NCBI GenBank assembly: GCA_951406725.2
Contig: OX597814.1
Span: 201,004,001 to 201,068,000 of the forward strand
From: Octopus vulgaris
Taxonomy: Eukaryota
Direction of reading: 5' to 3'
Length of the DNA: 64,000 bases
Below, in pieces: positions 38,128-51,118 of the stretch (position 1 is its first letter; each line of letters begins with the position of its first letter). The translations under genes were made by a program, and so were the position numbers. A model generated the notes under the pieces. The model had not been told where the DNA came from. It searched no databases and saw only the letters and a program-made list of their open reading frames with translations.

Positions 38128-39247
38128 ATATATTTTCTGTTACATATGTTTATGAATGAATGTGTGTGTGTGCGTATATTTGTGTTTATATATGCATATA
38201 TACTTACACACACACACATTTCAAAAATAGCACTAAAGGCACCGTAACTGCGTATCTTTGCACGTGTTTGTGAGTTTGCATAAATGTATGTGTGTGTGTG
38301 TTGTGTATATGTGTCTGTGTTTATGTGAATGCATGTATGTATGTGTAAGTGTGTGTAAGTGTGTGTGTGTGTGTGTTCGATCTATTTTCAGGAATTAACT
38401 TTGTGTTTGTACTTATTCAACCCTTATTCCAGTTCTGATCTTTTAGAGAATAAATTATTTGCTAAGACATATAAATAGTTACCCAGAAACAAATCTCAAC
38501 GATCATTTTCTTTTAGCATTTGTGCTTTGGTATTCTCATATTATTTGTACAGCAGAAGCAATTCTTGTATTTTAATATTCATTTGTTTTTATTTTTCTTT
38601 ACTTTATAGAAGTATCGTTATTTATTATTTTTTTTATTTGAACAAAAGAAATTTTCAGCTGATGTAGACAGCCAAATCTTTAAAATGGCTACATGATACA
38701 TAAGATAAATTTTAGTTTAAAACAGTTCTGAATTATAGATATAGTAATAAAAAAAAATTATAAAATACAACATAATTTAGAAGATTATTCTGACAAAAAT
38801 GCAAAGCTTTGAAGATTAGCAATATCATATCTTACTTCCTTAAAACATCTGTTATAGACGTTTTATGCATTTTATACTAAAGAAAAGAAATCTTAAAAAA
38901 TACATAGAAATAATCGGATCTGGTAATAATATCTATTGAAATGTTTAGAAAGGAAAATATTTTGTGTAAAAAATAAATTGTGTTTCTTGTGTAAATTTTA
39001 TTATTGAAGATAGCGGTTTCTAAATATCAGCAAATGTGATATCTATTATCTAATAAATATTTGATATAAATACAATTCTAATAATGACCAACAGCTGTGC
39101 CTAGCCAAGACTGTGCTCAAAATGCTTGTACGGTTCTGTGATTGAAAAGTTTGCTTGCCAAACATGTGGTTTCAAGATCAATTCCACTGCGAAGAATTTT
39201 GCGCAAGTGTCTTCTACTAAAGCCCCGGGGCGACCAAAAGCCTTGGG

Positions 39248-40050
<803 letters not shown>

Positions 40051-40100
40051 TGTAGTACCAGTGAGTGGCTTGCCCTGATGCAGTACCAGACAGTGGCTTG

Positions 40101-40417
40101 CCTTGGGCAAGTGTCCTCTACTATAGCCTCGGATCGACCAAAGCCTTGTGAGTGGATTTGGTAGACGGAAACTGAAAGAAGGCCGTCGTATTTATATATA
40201 TATGTGCGTGTATATGTTTGTGTGCCTGTGTTTGTCCCCCCAACATCGCCTGACAACCGATACTGGTGTGTTTATGTCCCCGTAACTTAGCGGTTCGGCA
40301 AAAGAGACCAATAGAATAGGTACTAGGCTTACAGAGAATAAGTCCTGGGGTTGATTTTCTCGACTAAAGGTGGTGCTCCAGTATGGCCACAGTCAAATGA
40401 CAGAAGCAAGTAAAAGA
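40101..40417 (+). mobile_element. Group A SINE lacking the tRNA head
   Basis: Begins at CCTTGGGCAAGTGTC and runs to the standard 3' end. Confidence 0.88.
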
Positions 40418-40479
40418 GTTTAGAAACATGGGTGCTTCGTTCAACATCCTTAAACAGCCCTTATTCGGGAACCTTTTGA

Positions 40480-42341
40480 GAATACGAAGATTTGAGAAGA
40501 GAAACAAGTTTTACAAGCAAAATAAGCTGTTCACATCGAATGCAAAAACATTCTACACAGAAACAGGGAAGGAGAAAATAACAGTTGAAGACAACCCACT
40601 CCTATGGAAGAAGTTGAAAACTTTTGGAAAAATATTTGGAGTGATGAAAAGAAATACAATGAAAATGCAGACTAGATTAGACACACAGAAGGATCCTACT
40701 AGAATTTACCATAACAAGCATGGGAAGACATCACAGTAGAAGATCTAATTATGACATTCACGAAGGCTCATAAGTGGAAATCTCCTGGTAATGATAGCCT
40801 GGTAATGATAGGGTGCCAAATTTCTGGCTCACATCGCTCCCGTGAGCTCATGAAATTTTAATTCAGTTATTCAATGAGATTATAAGAGATCCTAAGAAAA
40901 CACCTGATCGGTTAGCAAGAAGTATTACTTACCTCCTTCGAGTAATAATGAAACTAAATTTTCTCAAAACTATCGGCCCATAACATGTCTATATACGACG
41001 TATGAAATTTTAACATCCATCAACATGGAGGAAACACAAATTTATGAAACAGAATGATATTTTCCCCACTGAACAAAAAGGGTGCCGACGAGGCTCATAT
41101 GGATGCAAAGACCATCTTTTAAATCAATCGTATGATCCTTAAGAACTGTCATAACGAACGCGAAAATCTCAGTCCTGCATGGGTTGATTATATAAAAAAA
41201 AGGCCTTTGACAGCATACCGCATTAATGTATCTTGAAATCGCTGGATATCTTCCAAATTTCTCCTATGATTTCAAATTTCCCGAAACACATGTCAGCGTG
41301 GAATACGAATCTCCAATTATACCACTCTAATGGGGTTCTGACCATAAACAATATTAACATTAACTGTGGCATTTCCCAAGGTGACTCACTTTCACTTCTA
41401 ATTTATTTTGCATAGCTCTAATACCCCTTACAAGTGAACTTAACAGAACAGGGTATGGGTATAAAATTGTCGACAAGAAAATAAGTCCTCTATTTTACAT
41501 GGATGACTTAAAACTCTATATCAAAGATGATAATGAGTTTGAAGAACTATTACATACTGTGAAAGCATTCAGTGATGAAATCGTGATGGTATTTGATCTC
41601 GATAAATGTACAAAGGCTACTTTCCAGAAAGGAAAATTGAAGACGTCAGATTCAGTGATGTTAGATGTTGACACAGTTATAAAAGAACTTGAGCAGGAAC
41701 AAACTAACAAATACCTCGGAATAAATGAGGGCTCTGGCATTCAACAGGCAAGTATGAAAGAAAAGATCAGGAAGGAGTGTTACAGGAGAGTTCGAGCAGG
41801 TCCTAAAATCTGAGTTAAACACCCGTAACAAGGCGTTAGCTATAAATTCCTTCGCAGTTCTAGTTTTTATTTACAGTTTCAATGTGTTGAACAGGAATAT
41901 GAGCGAAATAAGGAAAATTAAGTAGAATATGCATAAGCTGCTGACTTGCAATAAGATACACCACCGAAAGACAGATGCAAATCGTCTTAGCCTTCAAGGA
42001 GGTCGAGGCGTGATCTAATTTGAAATCTCTTTCAAAACCACCACAAATATATTGTAGTATCTAAAGACTGGATGCTAAAATTCGATGAAAACCACGAGAG
42101 ACGTAAGAAGCTTCATTCCGTTATGAAGGAGAGCAAACAATTTGCTAGTAAATTCATGGATAATATCCAGGTTGAACGGCATGATGGAAAAGCAGCAACT
42201 GTTGTTGCAAAGAAAGTGAAATCAATGGCAAAGCAGAATGCGTTTGAGCAATTGGCTGATAGGTGGGAAGAAAAACCTCTGCATGGCAAATATGTGGCTC
42301 GTAACAAACAAGGTGATGTAGACCAGAAGCACACCCATCAG
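40480..42341 (+). mobile_element. Disabled R4/Dong-clade LINE RT region
   Basis: Peptides FYKQNKLF, HKWKSPGND, EQKGCRRGSYGCKD, CGISQGDSLS, FYMDDLKLY, KYLGINEG and KPLHGKY; many frameshifts. Confidence 0.9.
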
Positions 42342-42349
42342 TTAAGTTA

Positions 42350-42797
42350 TGTTAAGTTCACTTGTAAGGGGTATTAGGGCTATGCAAAAAAAAATTAGAA
42401 GTGAAAGTGAGTCACCTTGGGAAATGCCACAGTTAATGTTAATATTGTTTATGGTCAGAACCCCATTAGAGTGGTATAATTGGAGATTCGTATTCCACGC
42501 TAACATGTGTTTCGGAAATTTGAAATCATAGGAGAAATTTTGAAGATATCCAGCGATTTCAAGATCCATGAATGCGGTATGCTGTCAAAGGCCTTTTTTT
42601 TATAATCAACCCATGCAAGACAGATTTTCGCTTTTGTTATGACAGTTCTCAAGGATCATGCGATTGATTTAAGAGTTGGTCTTTGCATCCATATGAGCCT
42701 CGTCGGCACCCTTTTTGTTCAGTGGGGAAAATATCATTTTGTTCCATAAATTTGTGTTTCCTCCATGTGGATGGATATTAAAATTTCATACGTCGTA
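42350..42797 (-). repeat. Inverted duplicate of 40994-41445
   Basis: Reverse-complement match over about 450 bp, also visible in the ORF track (42342..42569 vs 41233..41415). Confidence 0.92.
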
Positions 42798-42888
42798 CGA
42801 GTATATAGATCAGAGCTTATTGACCCGAAACTATCAATGATTCTCTCATTGTCACTTTGGTAAAATCAATCCATTGATAGTTCCAACA

Positions 42889-42930
<42 letters not shown>

Positions 42931-43909
42931 GCGTGTTTGCGTGCGTGCGTTTATAAAACCATTAGAAAACAAAAATGTTGAATCCGGTATGGTATTTTAA
43001 TAAATTAAAAAAAAACAATTACATCTAAATCTACAATTCTTTTATATAATTCTCTCTACTGAATTCAGTTCACATGGCATTGGTAAACAGTTGCTAATTA
43101 CCCACGGTTCCAATACTGAGATTGAACTAACAATCAGGTATTCTAAAACTTCTTAACCACACAGCCATTCCAGGTTCGAAGATTATGAAGAGAAAACGTT
43201 AATTAAAATCGCTGACGTCAGTAAATAGAATCAAATACATTTATAAATAGCAAAAGATTTTTATGTAATGACAACGTTGCTTTGGTTATACTTTGTAATC
43301 ATAGAAAAAAGACCTATATTTCAGTAATGGAAACAGATTCAGGTGATTAAACATTTGAGCGTATTTATATCTTCTATTAATAAACCTTTCTGTTCAAGCT
43401 TCGATAATATATATTTTCGAAAAGGTCATTATAATTGTTATTCCATACACCAGGAAAGAGATATTTAAAGAAAAGGAATCGCGTTAATAAGTGGATAATA
43501 TTTTAAGAAAATGATATGGTTATTCTATATGTGAATATTACATTTATATCCCAGAATAAAAATTAGCAATTCTGAAAAATAATCTCAATGTAAAAACATG
43601 ATTATTTTTATATAAAAAATTAAAATTCAATTTTCATCAGAAATATTTCTTTACATCGATATTAAGTAGAGTAAGAAATTCTCAAGAGAATTTGAAGAAC
43701 TTCAAAAAAATTTCAAATTATTTCGCATTTCTTGATTTTTTTTTCTTTAGTTATAAATATTTCACATATTTTACTGTTCAACAACGTCATAGACAATCTT
43801 TCAAGAAAAATATAGGCTCAACTTATTTGATTATTGAAGAAAATAATACGCATCTGTCCGAATACGTTGTTATGTACAGTTTTCATTGAAGGAAGATGCG
43901 GCGTACCAT

Positions 43910-44005
43910 CATCATAACGATTCTCTTCCTCCTCATCATAACGATTCTCTTCCTCATCATCATAACGATTCTCTTCCTCCTCATCATAACGATTCTCTTC
44001 CTCAT
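43910..44005. repeat. 24-bp minisatellite x4
   Basis: Unit CATCATAACGATTCTCTTCCTC(C/A)T at 43910, 43934, 43958 and 43982. Confidence 0.92.
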
Positions 44006-44093
44006 CATCATAATCATCATAATCATTTTCATCATTCTCCTCATTGTCATTTTGCATCCGCTGGATCATTATTGGGTTCATATGGCATAGGCT

Positions 44094-44408
44094 TGAGACG
44101 CAATGGCCCAGTGGTTAGGGCAGCGGACTCGCAGTCGGAGGATCGCGGTTTCGATTCCCAGACTGGGCGTTGTGTGTGTTTATTGAGCGAAAACACCTAA
44201 AGCTCCACGAATCTCCGGCAGTGGGTGGTGGCGACCCCTGTTGTACACTTTCGCCCCAGCTTTTTCTCACTCTTTCTTCCTGTTTCTTGAGTAACACTGC
44301 GATTGACTGGTGTCCCGTCCAACTGGGGGGAACACATACGCCACAGAAACCGGGAAACCGGGCCCATGAGCCTGGCTAGGCTTGAAAAGGGCGCATAAAT
44401 AAATAAAA
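44094..44408 (+). mobile_element. Group B SINE (head B1 + tail T2)
   Basis: B1 head and body as in 229-420, then TAACACTGCGATTGACTGGTGTCCCGTCC.. and an (AAAT)n end. Confidence 0.85.
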
Positions 44409-44807
44409 TTGCGTAGGCTGGTTCATTGTTGCTCTTTTTGATGAGGAGGGGACCACATTTCGCTCGTAAGTAGCATTTTAAACCTGTATCTTTCTTTTTT
44501 GGTGATATCTATAGTTGAATACCCTGGGTGCATTCGTTTATGGCACCGGGAACAGAGAAGTTATTACATGTTGGAAAAGACTATAATAGCATCCCAACCC
44601 TTAACAGAAGATGAATGTTGTTGTGACACCCGACCGCGCTGTATGGTGTTGCGTTCTTGAGCAAAGCAATTCATCTTACGTTGCTCTGCGATCAAGTCGA
44701 CATCTGACGCGTGGCACACGCACACCTGCCCAGGTAATGTTGATCTGATGAAGGGGGTGAGTAATGTGCAGCACAAGCATTTGATGACAATAAGCAAATC
44801 TAGTTGA

Positions 44808-45124
<317 letters not shown>

Positions 45125-45147
45125 AGCAACAAGGATATCCAAGGTAG

Positions 45148-45235
45148 TGTAGTACAATCGTTTCATGCTACTTCATTTAATTAAACAATGTAAGTATTAC
45201 ATCAGTCTTAAAATGTAGAGCACTCTTCAACCACA
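45148..45235 (-). ncRNA. Hammerhead-ribozyme-like motif (type I topology, C3U variant)
   Basis: Minus strand: TGTGG-TTGAAGA-GTGCT...AGCAT-GAAAC-GATT-GTA-CTACA; stems I, II and III can pair and the cleavage triplet is GUA. Activity untested. Confidence 0.55.
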
Positions 45236-45294
45236 TATAGAATCTTTTAATTAAATAGACAAGGTTCATTCTTATACTTATTCCATTTGCCAAC

Positions 45295-45447
45295 ATTATA
45301 AAGAGGGTAGATATATAGACAGAGAGGTTAATTTCATCATTAAGAACATGGTAGTAGAATGTCCTGGCCATGGAGAAGGACCTTCTACTACCATGTTCTT
45401 AATGATGAAATTAACCTCTCTGTCTATATATCTACCCTCTTTGTAAT
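45295..45447. repeat. Fold-back palindrome, 71-bp arms, 11-nt loop
   Basis: Arms 45295-45365 and 45377-45447 with two mismatches; loop GGCCATGGAGA. Confidence 0.95.
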
Positions 45448-45486
45448 ACCATTCATTGTGTGTGTATATATATATATATATATAAG

Positions 45487-45670
45487 CTTTTCTACTCAAG
45501 GTACAAGACCCGAAATTTTTGGGGAGGGGTGGAGGTTAGTCGATTAGATCGACCCCAGTACGAAACTGGTACTTAATTTATCGTCTCCGAAAGGATGAAA
45601 GGCAAAGTCGACCTCGGCCGAATTTGAACTCAGACACCGAATTTGAACGAGACACCGCTAAGCATTTCGC

Positions 45671-45677
<7 letters not shown>
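45487..45677 (-). mobile_element. Group C SINE, rearranged or partial
   Basis: Central motif and alternative tail present; internal duplication of CCGAATTTGAAC..AGACACCG. Confidence 0.78.
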
Positions 45678-45762
<85 letters not shown>

Positions 45763-46725
45763 TTGTTGCCATTCACGATTACATTTCTGATTTATGCAGA
45801 GCGTAACCCACTCTTTGAATAGAGACAAAATCCTTTCAACGTCAACAAAATTACCATTTCTCTTTACGGTTCCGACTTAAAAAGATGTTAAATTTCCATA
45901 CTTAGTCACTCTAACTCCAATATAGAATCTATATATGTTACCTGAATGGCATTGCGTTTTTCTAACTCTCGCTGCGCTCCGTATTTCGTAAATATTCCAA
46001 GCAAAATGTTCGTTTTATTTCTCTACAACTTTGCATGTAGAATGTTACTTTGTTTCTGAATTTATAAGTTTTATGAACAACATAATGTTGGCAGCTAGAC
46101 TACTCTGCGCATATCAAATATAGACATTTCTTTTTTTACTTCTTGATCATTTTATGTCTCTACAACAAACTCTTTTAGTCTTGGCTAATTTCACTTCCGA
46201 TATTTGTTTTTATTTAAAACTACTTTTCTATATTTCAAGTTGATTTTTCGCTCAACGTTTGGATTAAATCAGATAATCTGCATTCCAAATGTTTCAAGGG
46301 TATTTGGAGAACACTTCTGTAATAGCTTCTGGGAAGGACAGGAAAAAAAAAAAAAGAAGGAAAGAGCGAGAAGCAGACCTGGATAGACACAAACCGGAAT
46401 CGTTCAGCTATAAACGTGTTCTTTATCTATTCCTTTTATCGATTTTATTTCTTTTTTCTATCTCTCATCTTTTTCTCTTTCTACCTGTCATTGGATTCTG
46501 TTGAAGAAGAATTTATCCTTTTAGTCGGGTAATGAAATCAAAACGTCTAGCTAATCAGATAGATGTGAAATAAAATGATATTTCAAAGAGAAAGAAGGGG
46601 ATCAGAGCCTTAAGAAGAGAATATTGTTAATCTTGTTTCCGTGATGAAACACATCCGGCACTCTATCTGATAATACTAATAATGATAATAAATATATCCG
46701 AGTCATGAGACTGTAGACAAAATAT

Positions 46726-46879
46726 AGGCACAGCTGTGGCTGTGTTGTCAGAAGTTTGGTTTCCAACCACATAGTTTCGTGTTCAGTCCCACAGCGTGGC
46801 ACCTTGGGCAAGTGTCTTTTACTATAGCCTCGGGACGACCAAAGCCTTGTGAGATTTGGCTGACGGCGGAGCCTTCCTA

Positions 46880-46945
<66 letters not shown>

Positions 46946-47140
46946 TGTGTTTGTGCGTGTGTGTGTATTTGTGTGTGTGTGTGCGTGTGTTTGTGCCTAC
47001 AGCAGACACAAACGTGTCACCTCTACGCCCCCCCCCCCCCCCCAGCTACGCTATTGATGACGGGCTTCTTTCGGTTCCTGTCTATCAGGAAGCGTGTGAC
47101 TGGGAAGTGAACATCTAACCAGGCGGCCACTCCTGTGCCT
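46726..47140. mobile_element. Two group A head fragments in opposite orientation around a (TG)n tract
   Basis: 46726-46860 (+) matches the head; 47058-47140 is a decayed minus-strand head. Confidence 0.65.
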
Positions 47141-47983
47141 ATTGTTGTGAAATGAACTTCTAAATAAGGAAGCCAACCCACCGCCTATGGTTTAATATTT
47201 ATGTGTTTAGATTTAGGCATGTCATGAACCCTAGGGCCCTTAACCTTGTTTCAGTGACTGAGATCGCAACAGACCTCACCACTCCCACACAGGATGCTCA
47301 TCTGTCGCAGACACTTTAATAATGTAAAACTAATTTAAACTACCAACTAATCATTGGATAAGATATTTTCAGCTGCTTCTTATTTACTGAGAACAATTCG
47401 TCTCTGATGACGTGCTTGAAGTTGATATTATAATTACTAAAATTGTGATTTAAGCGTATGTAGGCGAAGCTACTCTAAAATGTATTTTTTAGTACCTCTG
47501 TTTTAATTGCCTGTTTTTAATTACTCCCTTTTATCAGCTGCAATTTGGCACCATTCTAGTTGTGGGCAGAACTTAATAATCACTAATCTGTAGCTTGCTT
47601 TTTTAGCTATGAAAAAAAGTTTGATGTGTCTAAGTGTAATGTAATATTTCGTCTATAGCTTCCAGTCTTTTGTAGATAACTGTTTATCGTCTCACCAATA
47701 CCGATGGTTACCAACTAGAAAATAAAATGCTGAATGAAACCAATTGGGAATCTGAAAGGAAATTAAAATATTTCTTTTTAGTAACTTAGAATACAATTTT
47801 CCAAACTCTTGATAACATCTTCTTTAACATCCTACATATCTGAAATAGTGTAGCGAAAATAATTCTACGTTTGATTACAGAGCAAATCTAAAGTTTTAAA
47901 GTAATATCTATTTAATAAATGTCATCATTATAATCAAGTGAAAATCAATAAATAACTTTTCTATATAATTACATATGATTATA

Positions 47984-48369
47984 GGCGCAGGAGTGGCTGT
48001 GCGGTAAGTAGCTTGATTACCAGCCACTTGGTTCCGGGTTCAGTCCCTCTGCGTGGCATCTTGGGCAAGTGTCTTCTACTATAGCCTCGGGCCGACCAAA
48101 GCCTTGTGAGTGGATTTGGTAGACGGAAACAGAAAGAAGCCTGTCGTACATATATACATATATATATATGTGTGTGTGTGTGTCTGTGTTTGACAACCAA
48201 TACTGGTGTGTTTACGTCCCCGTAACCTAGCGGTTCGTCAAAAAAGACCGATAGAATAAGTTCTAGGCTTACAAAGAATAAGTCATGTGGTCGATTTGCT
48301 CGTGTAAAGGCGGTGCTCCAGTATGGCTACAGCCAAATGACTGAAACAAATAAAAGAATAAAAGAATAA
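47984..48369 (+). mobile_element. Group A SINE, full length
   Basis: Colinear with 831-1296. Confidence 0.92.
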
Positions 48370-48523
48370 ATACAACACATTCATTCACCATCTTCTCTTT
48401 CTTTGATGAAGCATTTCCCTCAAAAGTTTGGTATTTATCCTTTCTTTGAGATGACTTGCTTCGTTTACCTTTAATAACTGCTATATTCCCATTTGATAGA
48501 TTATAGTTAACTATTTTATTAGA

Positions 48524-48739
48524 GTGGAGGCGCAATGGCCCTGTGGTTAGGGCATCGGACTCGCGGTCATAGGATCGCAGTTTCGATTCCCAGACCGGGC
48601 GTTGTGTTTGCTCCGGCAGGGGGTGGTAGCGAACCCTGCTGTATTCTTTCACCACAACTTTCTCTCACTCATTTTTCCTGTTTCTGTTGTACCTTTATTT
48701 CAAAGGGCCAGTCTTGTCACACTCTGAATCTCCCCCAAG
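48524..48739 (+). mobile_element. Group B SINE (B1 + partial T1)
   Basis: Colinear with 229-490, with internal deletions. Confidence 0.85.
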
Positions 48740-48749
48740 TACTACTACT

Positions 48750-48790
<41 letters not shown>

Positions 48791-48805
48791 ATGTATATAT
48801 ATGTG

Positions 48806-48836
<31 letters not shown>

Positions 48837-49000
48837 TTGTTTTGTCTTCCATTTGTGTCTTTCTTGTTCGAAAGAATAGTTCATATTCCATGTACTCGTG
48901 CTTCATATTTTTTGTTGCATACGCTTCGTGACGTCCTTTGCCAACATATGAATATATGTATACGTATAGATGTAAGTATGGACATATACGTATGTATATA

Positions 49001-49035
<35 letters not shown>

Positions 49036-49431
49036 TATATTATTATATGATTGGGCGCAACGCATCCTCTTCCAAGTAAGTTTTATCTCAATAATTCTGG
49101 TGCACACTCTATACGATCTTTTTACTCTTTCATTTCTCTCTCTTTCTCTCTCTTATTATTTTACCTCCTCTTCTCCCACTATTCTATCCTATTACTCTGT
49201 CACTCTCACTCCCTCAGTCCTCCTTCCTTGCTCACGTGGTTCCCACGTGACCATCGGCCAACTCTCTTGCTTCTCCTAACTTGCGTTCCTTTCTCTCCGT
49301 TGTAGCGTGAACAAGGAAGACGTGTTCTTGTTTGTCTCCTGTCCAAGCTTGATTTGTGCGTACATATATAAAGTGTATATATCTATATTTATGAATATGT
49401 GTGTATATATATAATGTGTATACATATGTAC

Positions 49432-49481
<50 letters not shown>

Positions 49482-49524
49482 CCCCCACACATATATATAT
49501 ATTTATATATATGTATATATGTCT

Positions 49525-49998
49525 AGTTTCAGCTTACGAACTGTAGCCATGCTGGGGCATCGCCATTTGGTGTTGCTACATAATTTTACTTCGCGAATGC
49601 TTTTTAGGAATTGACATTCGGTGCATGAGGGAGTTTGATGCCGCTGCTCTCATCTGCACCTCCTGCCGCGAAGTTGGTTCATGTGGGACACTTGACAGTA
49701 AGAGGTCCAGATTTATTTTGAAGATACCTACATCAACCCCACTCAGGTCCTTCGGGAGCATATTGAAAATCTGCGGACCTCTGAAGCCCAGGCTATTGCA
49801 GTCTCTTGTCCTACATCTTGATGGCAAATTTGGAGTCCTTGGTACTATGCAGTGGCGCCCAGTTGTAGTATTTGTGAGACTCTCGATGCCTAAGTTCGGG
49901 ATAGTCCTTCCAGGATCTTCCAGATGTATATTATGGCATATCTTTCTCGCCTACGCTCTAAGGAATAGAGCCTGAATCTCTTGAGTCTTTCCCAGTAG

Positions 49999-50000
<2 letters not shown>
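49525..50000 (-). mobile_element. 5'-truncated CR1-group LINE 3' end between (TA)n tracts
   Basis: Peptides SYWERLKRFRLYSLERRRERYAIIYIWKILEG and NSLGFRGPQIFNMLPKDL..LDLLLSSVPHEPTSRQE; 3' tail GGCGATGCCCCAGCATGGCTACAG..GCTGAAACT. Confidence 0.88.
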
Positions 50001-50058
<58 letters not shown>

Positions 50059-50231
50059 TATAATGCATATGTATATATATAAAGTGTGTACATAATGTGT
50101 GCATATGTGGTCGGATAGAGCTGAAAATTTGCACACCTATGTTAAAAGTACTGGGAAGTTTGCATGGCAGCTTTGACTTTGCTCAATCGAAAGGCGTGGC
50201 CTCTAGGGCAAAATTCTTCATCTTTTAAAAT

Positions 50232-50397
50232 TGTTATTGTTCAGGTTACTGCTTGGAATCGAACTCAAAATCTTAGGGTTAGTAGCCCGCGCTCTTAACC
50301 ACTACGCCATATGCTCGTGGCGTAGTGGTTAAGAGCGCGGGCTACTATCCTCAAGATTCCGAGTTCGATTCCAAGCAGTGACCTGAATAATAATAAC

Positions 50398-50444
<47 letters not shown>

Positions 50445-50643
50445 CAATAACATCGAAAGTTACTTTAGGAATGAGAACCCAGGTTCAAAATCTCCCCAAG
50501 ACACCTAATGAAGGCTCAAGGGTGTATCAGCCGAACCGTTTTGTTAACAACAAACAAGATGAGGACAAATATTCGCCGAATGTAAATAACGGAAATAATG
50601 TAAATAATGTACATAATTCCTCATCTCTTAAATATAGAACTGT
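50232..50643 (+). mobile_element. tRNA-headed element with an inverted copy of its own 5' end and a degenerate hammerhead-like motif
   Basis: Arms about 50232-50310 and 50317-50395 carry A box TGGCGTAGTGG and B box GAGTTCGATTCC; then (AAT)n; motif at 50500-50545. Right boundary approximate. Confidence 0.7.
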
Positions 50644-50720
50644 ATGGAAAACGAGTGTTAATGACGATGGTAATATCCTCAACGTCTTTCAAGAAATTTT
50701 GATGGAGATATTTACGAAAA

Positions 50721-51118
50721 TCTTTATATATAAAAGTCAAGTTGTGTGTCTGTCCCCTTCGATTTAGATTCCTAACTACTCCCACATATTGCGGTGCAGT
50801 TTAACTGAAACCGGGTATCTTATAGTCGTGATTCATATCGAGCCCTTCTGGGTATTAGCGCGCGTCTACGATGAGTCTACGATTTAAAAAACAATTTACC
50901 ATAATTTTTTTCCATTTTAATGCATTGTTTTCGCTATTATATAAGGGAAGTAACTCTCTAAAAATGTCTACGATGAGTCAACGATTTAAAAATAAATTTA
51001 CCATCATTTTTTTCCATTTTTGATGCATTTGTTTGCTATATTTTGGCTATAACTCTCTAAAAATGCTTATATAGTTATTTCCCTTACAAACCCGAGCAAC
51101 GCCGGGCGACACTGCTAG
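50721..51118 (+). mobile_element. Non-autonomous Helitron, second copy
   Basis: A|TC start, CTAG|T end and the same hairpin; internal duplication of GTCTACGATGAGTC..ATGCATT. Confidence 0.85.

Noticed and set aside
43818-44200. ORFs with RYDEEEEN or HHNDSLP repeats
   Set aside because: Translations of a 24-bp minisatellite derived from CAT/CCT repeats, running into a SINE.
50317-50385. tRNA gene
   Set aside because: A and B boxes are present but there is no acceptor stem; this is a SINE-type head, as are the group A, B and C heads.
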